Shown one piece after another: positions 1 through 9,034 of a stretch of 64,000 bases of DNA. Under the pieces are notes generated by a model. It was not told the DNA's origin. It saw nothing but the letters and a program-made list of their open reading frames with translations, and searched no databases. Source of the DNA: an uncultured virus (IMG/VR IMGVR_UViG_3300037067_016944) (lineage: Duplodnaviria; Heunggongvirae; Uroviricota; Caudoviricetes); IMG/VR virus record IMGVR_UViG_3300037067_016944. The stretch is one strand, 5' to 3'. The position numbers were made by a program, and so were the translations under genes. Positions within the stretch are counted from its first letter, which is position 1; each line of letters begins with the position of its first letter.

Positions 1-25
1 CAGGTCAGATCTCAATTCCGATCTA

Positions 26-418
26 TTGGAATTGATCTACGCAGGAATCAAACAAGAGGTCGGTGACGAGGCAGCCGCCAACTTCGTCCAATTTGTTTGT
101 GATTTCGACAAACTGGCGGCTACGACGTTTCTCAACGAATTCTACACATTTTGTGATTGCGGCTGTGTTTACGTACCACGAAAGCACTCGGTCATCGATG
201 AACTGGACCCAGGACCAGACAACGGCTCTCGCGATGCTGTCGGTATAGGTATGATGATGTCCGCTATTAGCGGAATGATGGACAGAGACGAAACAGAATC
301 TATCCGCAATGCATTCTTAGCACGGCATCGTGGCGAATTCAAGCCATGTCCAGGTCGCATGAGCAAACATATGTTTGTTAGCTCAAACGGCGACGTTTAT
401 TTCGATGGTGGCTATTAA
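26..418 (+). CDS. hypothetical protein, probably 5'-truncated by the window edge
   Basis: Open frame from near the window start; converges on the next gene. Confidence 0.55.
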   Translation: MELIYAGIKQEVGDEAAANFVQFVCDFDKLAATTFLNEFYTFCDCGCVYVPRKHSVIDELDPGPDNGSRDAVGIGMMMSAISGMMDRDETESIRNAFLARHRGEFKPCPGRMSKHMFVSSNGDVYFDGGY

Positions 419-1170
419 GCGGCAGCTTTTAGCGATTGGAAAATCTGAGTCAGCGGCCTAGTATCCAGTTGCCTAAAGCTTGGCACCCTTTTTGCTGGTG
501 CTGTCCACACATTAGCTAAAGTGCGGAAATGCGCTTCATCGTGTAGAATCATCACGTAGCGAGTGATTAGACTATCGGTTGGCGTGAAATCGCCACGCAA
601 GACGACGCATAGCTTCTCGATTGGTGTCCCACGGTCATATACGACAGTCATGCCATGTCCTGGATAGATCTGATAGACTTTACCTGAATTGGCACGGACA
701 GACACGAAACCATTTCGTAAGAATCGTTGGAATCCATCGTCGCCTAGTATCTTTCGGAGAGTCTGACGGGCTCTCATTTCTCGCTCTTCGGCAGCAGCTT
801 TAATTGGGGTGCGAGAGGTGATGAAGAGCGGAGCTTGGCGAGATTGGAGAATCTGGCGGAATCGGTCGCTCAGAGGGATCGGCGGTGCCATCGGCTCCGC
901 TGACCACGTATTGTATCCGCCCCAACCACTCTTCCAAATGTAGTTATAGCAGGAAGTATTATTGATGTTATCTTCCAAAGATGTTGTTGTAGCATATGAC
1001 GCACGATACGCCTTATAGCTGTGAGCAATAGCCATACAATCCATGATCTTTTTGATGTGGAGTTTGTTGCCGTTGCCGTCGTTGTAGATGATGCTCTTTG
1101 TTGGGTACATCAGCGATGCATAAGTATGCGGATCGTAAGTTATTGTACCAGACGCTTGACTATAATACAT
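415..1170 (-). CDS. uncharacterised phage protein with C-terminal LCVV...DSL...DEAHFRTLAN domain; partner of the GG-terminated protein
   Basis: Start revised to ATG 1170 (GGAGG-TTGAT-ATG), 1 nt after the upstream stop. Confidence 0.75.
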   Translation of the reverse strand: MYYSQASGTITYDPHTYASLMYPTKSIIYNDGNGNKLHIKKIMDCMAIAHSYKAYRASYATTTSLEDNINNTSCYNYIWKSGWGGYNTWSAEPMAPPIPLSDRFRQILQSRQAPLFITSRTPIKAAAEEREMRARQTLRKILGDDGFQRFLRNGFVSVRANSGKVYQIYPGHGMTVVYDRGTPIEKLCVVLRGDFTPTDSLITRYVMILHDEAHFRTLANVWTAPAKRVPSFRQLDTRPLTQIFQSLKAAA

Positions 1171-1171
1171 A

Positions 1172-1522
1172 TCAACCTCCTGCATGAAGCTGCTGTCCGG
1201 GTAGGAATATGACCTGTTCGGCCATCGGGTCGAATTCGTCCATCTTCTTCGATGTAGCCTTGCCACCGGTGCCGACGTGATATGGTTGCGAGCCTTGTTT
1301 CTTCAAATCATCAAACATTTCTTTAGCTGCTCTGATCTCGGCTAAACTGTCTGAATTCCAAACGACGCGCTTATCGCCATCTTTTGGATTTATGATATGA
1401 AACATGCCGTGTTTAGGTGGCGGAACCGCTCCGTCCAACACGTGCAACGGCTTCGGAATAGCGACTGGTACCGTTAAGGTACACCCTTGAAATATAGGGA
1501 CATCCACGAAATCAGTAGTCAT
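1172..1522 (-). CDS. small protein ending in di-glycine (...EFDPMAEQVIFLPGQQLHAGG), candidate ubiquitin-like or carrier protein
   Basis: 116 aa; C-terminal GG directly before the stop; ATGA overlap with the upstream ORF. Confidence 0.7.
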   Translation of the reverse strand: MTTDFVDVPIFQGCTLTVPVAIPKPLHVLDGAVPPPKHGMFHIINPKDGDKRVVWNSDSLAEIRAAKEMFDDLKKQGSQPYHVGTGGKATSKKMDEFDPMAEQVIFLPGQQLHAGG

Positions 1523-1941
1523 GTTCTAGCTCTCCCTAGAAATCTGTCCGTCCAAGACTCGCGTATAATCGTTTCTGCTGTATCGAAAGGTGCGGCAATA
1601 AGATCTCGCTCGTCCTTAATAACAGCACCTTCTCTTTCTTTCTTGTAGTCCTTGTCCTTGACAATCTTTTGCATACATCTGGTGCGTGGCGTTTCAGACC
1701 AAGCAGCGATCGTAGGGCATAACTCTTCTTGAGACTTGCCGTTATATCTGCCAGATTCAGCAACTTGACCATCAATAATTGCGCGTTGATGCTCGTGTTT
1801 GCATTTTGGGCAAATTATTGTTACGATCCGGCTGATAGAGACATCGAGTTTGACGAGGATGAATCCGCCGCAGCCGCCGCCACTAACGGGACAATGGATT
1901 TCTTGCCAGATTTTTGGTTTTGGTTGCTCCAGCTCCATCAC
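1519..1941 (-). CDS. zinc-finger-like hypothetical protein
   Basis: CPVSGGGC and CPKC motifs; overlaps both neighbours by 4 nt. Confidence 0.7.
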   Translation of the reverse strand: MMELEQPKPKIWQEIHCPVSGGGCGGFILVKLDVSISRIVTIICPKCKHEHQRAIIDGQVAESGRYNGKSQEELCPTIAAWSETPRTRCMQKIVKDKDYKKEREGAVIKDERDLIAAPFDTAETIIRESWTDRFLGRART

Positions 1942-2288
1942 TTCTTCCCCGTAGTGAATTCATGGAGCGCCTTAAACGTGTCGCTCATTACGATCTTGGC
2001 GATTGACAAGCTTGCATCAATTTCACTGAAATCATCGCCACGCAAAGCCACTTCGACTGTCAGGCGTGTATTACGCTCGTTGTCAATTAAGGTGCAAGAG
2101 CCTCCTTGATCTACAAGGCGTGTCCAGTCTCGATACCAAGCGCCGCTTGGAACCGCTACCTTCAATTTCGACGAATCTGAGTGAAAGTGTACTTCGCCGT
2201 TCGCTTCGTGGATGCGAATGTCGCCGATAGTGGTTTTGTTCTTATCGGACTTAGATGAAGCTACCGTGGTTTCGCGTTCGCCGCCCAT
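1938..2288 (-). CDS. hypothetical protein
   Basis: AAGGAG RBS; first gene of a coupled operon. Confidence 0.7.
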   Translation of the reverse strand: MGGERETTVASSKSDKNKTTIGDIRIHEANGEVHFHSDSSKLKVAVPSGAWYRDWTRLVDQGGSCTLIDNERNTRLTVEVALRGDDFSEIDASLSIAKIVMSDTFKALHEFTTGKK

Positions 2289-2403
2289 AGAGGCTCCTTT
2301 ACAGAGAAATAGTGTTCGTTATAGCTATGCTCCGCCAGAGGCGAATTATCTTATTAAATACATTCCTATTAAATCATACAGAAATGCACCAGTCAAGATT
2401 AGG

Positions 2404-2461
2404 TTATAGCACAGAACGACCCGGTTGTTAATATGAATTACAGTATTTCATCGTGCTATAA
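2404..2461. promoter_or_regulatory. divergent pair of GTGCTATAA extended -10 promoters
   Basis: TTATAGCAC at 2404-2412 (minus) and TCGTGCTATAA at 2451-2461 (plus) between divergent genes. Confidence 0.7.
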
Positions 2462-2482
2462 GAATGTAATGAAAGGCATATA

Positions 2483-3220
2483 ATGGATTCAACACGCGAA
2501 GAACATGAAAGTTTCGGTCTTGTCGGCTTCTCAAGGATTTCTCACGGCGGTGCCGTGGGAGGTACAAACCTGTTCGGATCGGCGATTTGTCATCACCACA
2601 CTATTGCCCTGCGAATCAAGAAAGCAACAAAAGAACGGCGTCTGCATGACGACCGTTACTATGGCGGCGAGACGATTATTGAGGTCGAGATGAGTCCGAA
2701 CCAGTTCTCGGAAGCTATTACGACCATGAACGTTGGTGATGGTGTTCCATGCACAATTCGACGCATTGGCAAACAGGGAATGGCAGACTGCCCGGAAGAG
2801 ACGATGCGGCAGGTATTTGAAGAGGAATTCAAGCAGGCATGCGTTAAGACATCTGATATGGCCTGCGCATTAATCAAGAAGGCCAGTGAGATTCTTGACC
2901 AGAAAACTATTAAGGTATCGGAACGAAAAGAGCTTCTTGAGATTCTTCGCCGCATACAGCAGGATTTGCAATCGAATCTGCCGTTCATCGGGACACAATT
3001 CAATGAGGCAATGGACGATGTTGTGGCCGACGCCAAGGGTGCTGTTGAGGCATTCTTCACCCACCGCATCAACGACCTTGGAATCCAGGCTATCCAGCAG
3101 GGAGCACCAGATATGAGGATGTTGGGACAGACCAGCGACGATAAAAATATACTAGACGGGAAAGCGACCGACTGTTTCGATAATCCGACAGGTGATGACA
3201 ATGAGGAAGGACGACAGTAA
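2483..3220 (+). CDS. phage hypothetical protein
   Basis: 245 aa ORF; LFGS...EVEMS...GDGVPCTI motifs recalled from uncharacterised phage proteins. Confidence 0.8.
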   Translation: MDSTREEHESFGLVGFSRISHGGAVGGTNLFGSAICHHHTIALRIKKATKERRLHDDRYYGGETIIEVEMSPNQFSEAITTMNVGDGVPCTIRRIGKQGMADCPEETMRQVFEEEFKQACVKTSDMACALIKKASEILDQKTIKVSERKELLEILRRIQQDLQSNLPFIGTQFNEAMDDVVADAKGAVEAFFTHRINDLGIQAIQQGAPDMRMLGQTSDDKNILDGKATDCFDNPTGDDNEEGRQ

Positions 3221-3406
3221 CGTCAAGGAATGGGCAAAGCATACTCGCAATGCTGGTGGGTACGGCAAGCGTGGAGTCAATAAGCGAGTCAGAAAAAATG
3301 CTAAGCGGCAACTCCAACGCGGTGAAAAATGATCAAGATAACGCTTATATCTCAACGCATCTTTGATAAGATTGATGAATTCTTTGAAGGTGCAGTCTAG
3401 ATAATA

Positions 3407-3438
3407 CAACGGGGAGCCTTAAAAGAGGCTCCCCGTTG
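3407..3438. terminator. GC-rich hairpin, probable terminator
   Basis: CAACGGGGAGCCT...AGGCTCCCCGTTG inverted repeat. Confidence 0.7.
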
Positions 3439-3486
3439 AACCATGTTTCACGCTTGCATCAACTAATCATTTTATTTAATATGTTC

Positions 3487-3726
3487 GCACTAGCCAGATG
3501 ATAGGGCTTAGATTCGAGAGGTTGGCATGCTGATAATTCTAGACTTATCAGTATGGCCTTACGCATCTAAGTAGCCTATGTGGGCGGACCCCCACAGACC
3601 TTTTCTGGTCGGTCACGACTACCATCATTTTCCAGATGGCAACCGAGTTGTGTTCTCCTTTCTTTGACAACCATTCAGCAGAACGGGCTTTAAAGAGACG
3701 GGTGCTAATCGGCAACTATGACCGAT
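3487..3726. ncRNA. candidate structured non-coding RNA of unknown class
   Basis: ORF-free region with a long imperfect hairpin at 3501-3579 plus several short hairpins; possible TTGCAT-17-TAATAT promoter at 3454-3482. Confidence 0.45.
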
Positions 3727-3728
3727 GC

Positions 3729-4421
3729 CTACTCCCAACAAGGCTTCGAAGGTACCCACAGACCCTTATCGTCTGCCCATTCGGGGATCAATAATTCACG
3801 CTTCCGCGTGAAACCCAAAAGCAACTTCGTAATCCGATCAACATTTGTTTTGCTGACGCGACCACATCGCATCGTGAATTCTTTCAGCCGCCGAGCTAAT
3901 TGATCGCGACCGACGCGATTGAGCATCAGTTCGAAGTGCAACACATACTTCGTAGGCTCTTCGGTCTTCTGCAACGAAGTTGTCAGAAATCGGCGAAACG
4001 TGGTCATGTTGCCGATAGAAACGGCATTTGCGTACTGTTGGGCTGCTTGTTTGGCCTCATCCTGTAGCCTATACCAAGAGGTACGTGCTGCATCGCTAGT
4101 ATGCATGGCTATATGATGCTCAAGTGCGTTGTGGCCAGTTCTCTTGAAGGTACCTCTGAATGGACCGTCCAAGAGCAACCTACGCTGCCACCATTCCACT
4201 TCATAGTAAGTCGGCTTCGGCAAGAATAACTCAGCTTCAATGCTTGTCGTCTTGATGGCTTCGCTATGGCCTTTGCCCATCTTGGACAAGTGCAGCCATT
4301 GGCCGATTTTACGGAGCCACTCACCCCAGCCGGAAATACGTACCGCTGTGGGTGTCCCAGACGATTGATCGTCACCATCGTCATCTGGATATTGGACAAT
4401 ACTGTGTTTAGGCTCGCACAT
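3729..4421 (-). CDS. hypothetical protein
   Basis: 230 aa; GAGGAG RBS; GTGCTATAA at 4440-4448. Confidence 0.75.
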   Translation of the reverse strand: MCEPKHSIVQYPDDDGDDQSSGTPTAVRISGWGEWLRKIGQWLHLSKMGKGHSEAIKTTSIEAELFLPKPTYYEVEWWQRRLLLDGPFRGTFKRTGHNALEHHIAMHTSDAARTSWYRLQDEAKQAAQQYANAVSIGNMTTFRRFLTTSLQKTEEPTKYVLHFELMLNRVGRDQLARRLKEFTMRCGRVSKTNVDRITKLLLGFTRKRELLIPEWADDKGLWVPSKPCWE

Positions 4422-4503
4422 TGGTATCTCCTCACTCCGTTATAGCACAAAAGCAGATGACGCTTAACTAAAATACTTAGCACTATAATTCCTACCTAGC
4501 AAA

Positions 4504-4541
4504 CCGCCCTCTCCAGCATCTTGTGACACCAGAAAGGGCGG
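4504..4541 (-). terminator. 17-bp hairpin followed by TTT
   Basis: CCGCCCTTTCTGGTGTC-ACAA-GATGCTGGAGAGGGCGG pairs fully on the minus strand using G-U pairs. Confidence 0.55.
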
Positions 4542-4550
4542 AAGCGGTGG

Positions 4551-4579
4551 TTGACTTATCTTTGTCCATGTGGTATAAT
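4551..4579 (+). promoter_or_regulatory. near-consensus sigma70 promoter
   Basis: TTGACT, 17 bp spacer, TATAAT with a TG extension. Confidence 0.75.
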
Positions 4580-4642
4580 GGTGTCATAGTCCTCTCGTTG
4601 TGCTATGTCAGATATACTAAGCATTCTAAATAGGAGTCTATT

Positions 4643-5203
4643 ATGAAACCTGTGTGGCGTAATGCTGGAGCCGAAGATTCACTTAGAGTCGAAGGTGGAT
4701 TTGTTCTTCTCGTCAGACATGTCGAGTCAGAAAACGGTAAGGGCTTCATTCCTGTTACGTATTTCTTCAACCAACTACTTGAAACTGGAAAAGTGTTTCC
4801 TGGCGAAGATGCAATACCGTACATGCAAGCTGTGTCAAGAGGTCGCAGGATGTTCGAGCGAGCGATGAAGCGAGAAGGTATCGAGGGAGAAGAGCAAAAA
4901 CCGGCGAAAGCCGTTAAACCGGTCGAGCCGAAACCCGCAAAGCCAGTTGAAGAACCAGCTACACAAGCTCAAAGGGACACAATTCTGCGTCTTCGACGAA
5001 CCAGAGGTTTTTGGCAGAAAGGTATGTCCAAGAAGAAGTTGAACGACAGTGACCTCATTAAGTTGATTCGCCAGGAATACTTTTGTGATTGGGATAAACT
5101 TACCAAAGATGAAGCTGGTAAGATTCTCGATCACATGAATCATAGACAAAAGGGTTTTGATAGAGCTATCACCAAGAGCCACAAGGGTTGCTTCACTGTC
5201 TGA
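4643..5203 (+). CDS. hypothetical protein
   Basis: AGGAG RBS; Pro/Lys-rich linker. Confidence 0.75.
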   Translation: MKPVWRNAGAEDSLRVEGGFVLLVRHVESENGKGFIPVTYFFNQLLETGKVFPGEDAIPYMQAVSRGRRMFERAMKREGIEGEEQKPAKAVKPVEPKPAKPVEEPATQAQRDTILRLRRTRGFWQKGMSKKKLNDSDLIKLIRQEYFCDWDKLTKDEAGKILDHMNHRQKGFDRAITKSHKGCFTV

Positions 5204-5479
5204 TCACGCCGTCTTGAAGATGCCGTTCTTCAAATAACCGTGCCACCGACAGCCTGAAAGAAACATTACGCTTGGCGAGATTGTAGGCGTATCTTCATTG
5301 CCATCCCATGACCATGCATACGGATCAGTCTGGCTGATATTTATACCACCGAGAGAGCCACATCCGCATGGACACAGAAACTGAATTCTGTGATAATTGT
5401 CCTCTTTAATTATGAAGAAGTCGCCGGGCTCTTTGGCGTGCTCGTAATCGGCAACTCGGCTGGCTTTGACGTCTTGCAT
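5204..5479 (-). CDS. DUF6527-like small metal-binding protein
   Basis: CPCGC...WDGN..TPTISPS...GCRWHGY. Confidence 0.65.
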   Translation of the reverse strand: MQDVKASRVADYEHAKEPGDFFIIKEDNYHRIQFLCPCGCGSLGGINISQTDPYAWSWDGNEDTPTISPSVMFLSGCRWHGYLKNGIFKTA

Positions 5480-5663
5480 GATTTCATTCTATCTTTGATG
5501 GTGTTTTCAATGACAATCAACAATTCTGGCATCGTATTGCAGAATAGCGTATGTCGCATGTCGTCTGTGTGCATGTACATTACTCGGAATAGGTCACCGG
5601 CCTTATCAAGTTTCCCTGTGTTCCGATTGATACATTGAATTGTGATTCTGTCGCCTAAGCCGT

Positions 5664-6578
5664 TCATGATTTAGCCTTGTTGTATCTGAAAGACCCATCG
5701 AATTCTATATGCCATGTGAACAAACATGGATCAGTAAGCTCGAAGAATGGGTTGATCTCTAATAGTTTTACTTCAATATCACGTGAGTTTGGACCTGCTT
5801 TTCTTACCTTCACAAATACATCAAATACGATGTCAGTTAGAGTTGTAGCCTCACGGAACATTTTAAAGAATTCTCGGACGGCCCATTCACACATTCCGGG
5901 GTCCAATTCCGGGAACACTTCGCCTTTTAAATAATTGTATTGCGAAATACCGACTAATTTCCTGTCTTTCATGAAGCATCTGAATTCAGACCATCTCGGT
6001 ATCTCAACCCATTGTCGCACCCAGATATGCGGCAGGTAATCCTTTTTGATAGCCAACATCAAATCTTCATAAATCCGTTCTGAGCAATCCAGCAAGTATT
6101 GAAGCGGATCTTGTCCTGAAATTATCTTGCCTCCGCTTCTTTGTAACGCCCAAGAGTCTTTTGGTGATCTACTACCAAGTCGTATGAAAGCACCATTTGG
6201 CATTTTTTCTACGGCTTCCGAAACTTTGGCTCTGATATCGCCAATATCACAGCACATATCGCCAGTCGGTTTAATGAAATCAACTCTGTCTGGTGGTTCC
6301 GGCTGATGCAGCATTCTTGCAATAGCTGCTTGTGCGTTCCATGATGCAGCACGTTCGTTATGCTTCATAGTAGCATCATCACAAAAAGCTTCACCATATT
6401 CTATGATATTAGAACCAAGGCGGCGAGCAGCATTGCCTTCTAGCAAGATATCAATAGATGGAATACTCAGAGTATGTAGCGACTGCTCCCAATTCTCGAT
6501 ATAAGTCGGCTTAACCAAATCCCAATAGTTGCATCCGGAAGGTATCCGCGATTGTGGTAATCCTTCGTCGTCGTCCAT
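5664..6578 (-). CDS. Cdc123/R2K-type ATP-grasp protein
   Basis: FIRLGSRSPKD, EFRCF, ISQY, FDVF, LLEINPF and CLFTW motifs; start revised to ATG 6578. Confidence 0.8.
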   Translation of the reverse strand: MDDDEGLPQSRIPSGCNYWDLVKPTYIENWEQSLHTLSIPSIDILLEGNAARRLGSNIIEYGEAFCDDATMKHNERAASWNAQAAIARMLHQPEPPDRVDFIKPTGDMCCDIGDIRAKVSEAVEKMPNGAFIRLGSRSPKDSWALQRSGGKIISGQDPLQYLLDCSERIYEDLMLAIKKDYLPHIWVRQWVEIPRWSEFRCFMKDRKLVGISQYNYLKGEVFPELDPGMCEWAVREFFKMFREATTLTDIVFDVFVKVRKAGPNSRDIEVKLLEINPFFELTDPCLFTWHIEFDGSFRYNKAKS

Positions 6579-6746
6579 ATCGCACCTACTGTGGAAGTTC
6601 CACGGCGAATTGCAAGCCGCAATGCGATTGAGTGTCGCCGCTTGGCCATCCGTCCTGTTGCTCGCCGATTGCAACAGCATCAGGGTGAATAGTACTGTTG
6701 ATAATCCTTGGCAGCCTAACATGGGTCGAGCTAATATGGCGTTCGT

Positions 6747-6977
6747 TCATTGGATACCAGCACTTAATGGCAATTTACTGCCCACAAAGATTGGTATTTG
6801 ATGACCGACTTGCACGGTGTCCGATGTTTTGAAATCGAACACCTGAGTCAAGTCCTCAACGACTTTGCCGTTGATTTTCACAGCACCTTGGACTACGACG
6901 CGGCGACCCTCAGATACACTTGTGGTCTGTCCCAGATGGGTAAGAAGTTGAGCGACTGTTCCTTGAAAGACTCTCAT
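6747..6977 (-). CDS. stand-alone S4 RNA-binding domain, resembling the TyrRS C-terminus
   Basis: S.SEGRRVVVQGAVKING...VQVG. Confidence 0.75.
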   Translation of the reverse strand: MRVFQGTVAQLLTHLGQTTSVSEGRRVVVQGAVKINGKVVEDLTQVFDFKTSDTVQVGHQIPIFVGSKLPLSAGIQ

Positions 6978-6986
6978 AATACTATC

Positions 6987-7694
6987 CTATGTTGGTTTCC
7001 AGTTCCAAACGTCCTCACCATAAGTTTCAGCGAAGTATTTGCCGTCAACTTTATCATCTCGGACGAATTTTGCGAGGAAATCAACTCGGCCAAGTCTCTC
7101 AACTCGATATACGACGCCTTCGATAGGGTCAATAGCACTATGATGGTTTCGTTCTTGAGCAAATTTGAGAGCGACCGATGGGAGCATTGGTGGCCCTATT
7201 GATATTACGAAAGGTGTAATTAGTCGCGTAGCAGCGATGCGCTCGCAAAATTCGCTGAATACAGCTCGTCTGTCGAGCTTTTTACGGCTCTTCATGATAT
7301 CGAAAGGCACAAATGGTTCGTGCCACAACTTATAGCGGGTGCTATGCGCTAATGCGAGCCACTCTCCGACGACCCTTTCACCCTCTTCGAGCCAGGTGAA
7401 ACGATCGACGTTCTCCATGACCCAATTATGAAACATTCGATGATGATGCCATGGAGCCGAGACGGCTGGCCACCCGGCCCTATTCAACGGCATAATTAAT
7501 CCATTGAGCCGGGCAACGGCACAACATGAACCATCAAGCTTCTCCTGAATAATAACCCGGTCGAATTCATCACGTACCTTCTTGGTGCAGATGACGGCCA
7601 TCCCCTCATCGACATTATGGTCGCCAGGGCCAAGCCGACTATTCGGCAGGTGCCCGATGCTACCATACGCTTTACGTCCAAGTGGTTTACTCAT
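6987..7694 (-). CDS. RNA ligase-family nucleotidyltransferase
   Basis: Motif I QEKLDGS, GEW, FDI, EGVVYR, AKFVR. Confidence 0.8.
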   Translation of the reverse strand: MSKPLGRKAYGSIGHLPNSRLGPGDHNVDEGMAVICTKKVRDEFDRVIIQEKLDGSCCAVARLNGLIMPLNRAGWPAVSAPWHHHRMFHNWVMENVDRFTWLEEGERVVGEWLALAHSTRYKLWHEPFVPFDIMKSRKKLDRRAVFSEFCERIAATRLITPFVISIGPPMLPSVALKFAQERNHHSAIDPIEGVVYRVERLGRVDFLAKFVRDDKVDGKYFAETYGEDVWNWKPT

Positions 7695-7732
7695 ACCGAT
7701 GAAATACTCTGTATTTAAACAATGCTCTTTTA

Positions 7733-7789
7733 TTATAGCACGAAAACCTGTGTTGGATAATTACATACTGGCACTTATCGTGCTATAAT
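7733..7789. promoter_or_regulatory. divergent pair of TCGTGCTATAA promoters
   Basis: 7733-7743 (minus) and 7778-7789 (plus). Confidence 0.7.
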
Positions 7790-7820
7790 AGAACGTTGGA
7801 CACTACACTACGAGGTATAT

Positions 7821-8354
7821 ATGGCTAATCTACCATCAAGAGAAAGCAATCCTGATGGATTGTATCAACGCTACATCGTCAACAAAGCTGACGGAACGTG
7901 TGAACCGGACGCGAAATATTTCGTGTTGCGTTTGGATTTGGAGGGCAGCGACAAAGAACATGCCATAGCCTGCCGTAAGGCTGCACAAGCCTACGTCCGC
8001 AACGCTCCCAAGCACATGCACAGGGTTGCCGAAGAATTGGTCGAATGGGCTGATCTTCAGGAGCCGGAAGATCCGAAGATCAACGCTCAGATCCACGAAA
8101 TGATCGACAGGCTTACGGCGTGGGTCAGATTTGAAACGCTTGGCTTTAGTTTGAATTGGCTCGAAAGTGACGCAGCCCACGAAGCAGGTTGGGTTGTCGG
8201 GTACGCCAAAAAGCACAAGCCCGTTGAAATGGCTGACGACGGCTGGCAAAAACGGTATCCAACGCAACTCGAAGCTATTAATGCAGCCGCACGGGTTGTT
8301 GTCCGAGGACCTCAAGTTTCGAATTTGCCGAGTAAAGAGCTTCCCGTAGACTGA
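7821..8354 (+). CDS. phage hypothetical protein
   Basis: GAGG RBS; GLYQRYIV...YFVLRLD motif. Confidence 0.75.
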   Translation: MANLPSRESNPDGLYQRYIVNKADGTCEPDAKYFVLRLDLEGSDKEHAIACRKAAQAYVRNAPKHMHRVAEELVEWADLQEPEDPKINAQIHEMIDRLTAWVRFETLGFSLNWLESDAAHEAGWVVGYAKKHKPVEMADDGWQKRYPTQLEAINAAARVVVRGPQVSNLPSKELPVD

Positions 8355-8494
8355 TGATTTCCAGCTTTGCTGTGTTTGATACCAAAGAGGCCATCAACAG
8401 ACCTTTGGCGTTCAGCATTTTTGTCATTTCGTCCATACAGAGTATTAGGTCAAATTCTTCGTCCATCTTTTCCTCCATTTTTGAAATACATATA

Positions 8495-9004
8495 ATGATT
8501 GTGGTAAAAGCAGAGCAGTTAGCACGAACAGCACATCAAGGACAATTTCGAAAATATACTGGTGAGCCATATATCGTTCATCCAGAAGCCGTCGCTAATA
8601 TTGTGGCATCGGTAACTGATGACCCGGTGATGCTTGCTGCTGCTTGGTTGCATGATGTTGTCGAGGACACTAATGTAACCATCGATATGATCGAAGCCGG
8701 ATTCGGTCCCGAGATCGCCTCTGTCGTTGCCGATGTCACGAACATCACAAAGAAATCTGACGGCAACCGCCAATATCGCAAAGGAATAGAAAGGCAGCAT
8801 TTGGCTGGGGCATCTCCGAAAGCCAAGACCGTCAAATTGGCCGATATATTACATAACGTACCCGACATTATCAGGAACGATCCTGGATTTGCACGTACCT
8901 ATGTAGCCGAAAAACAAGCTGTTCTAGAAGTCCTGATAGGTGGTGATGAAAGATTATATGCCGCTGCGAAACAGATGATAGACGAGTTCGTGCGGTCCTG
9001 TTAA
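8495..9004 (+). CDS. HD-domain hydrolase, Mesh1/SpoT (p)ppGpp-hydrolase type
   Basis: AHQGQFRK..GEPYIVHP, LHDVVEDT, VKLADILHN; start revised to 8495. Confidence 0.85.
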   Translation: MIVVKAEQLARTAHQGQFRKYTGEPYIVHPEAVANIVASVTDDPVMLAAAWLHDVVEDTNVTIDMIEAGFGPEIASVVADVTNITKKSDGNRQYRKGIERQHLAGASPKAKTVKLADILHNVPDIIRNDPGFARTYVAEKQAVLEVLIGGDERLYAAAKQMIDEFVRSC

Positions 9005-9034
9005 ATCTATTTGCATTTGGTGCTATAATATACC

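Noticed and set aside
3487..3726. tmRNA, RNase P or SRP identity for the structured region
   Set aside because: It lacks tRNA-like ends, the GAGGAAAGTCC-type RNase P motif and the SRP loop motif
8495..9004. DatZ dATPase partner for PurZ
   Set aside because: The motifs match SpoT/Mesh1-type HD hydrolases and the gene lies about 50 kb away
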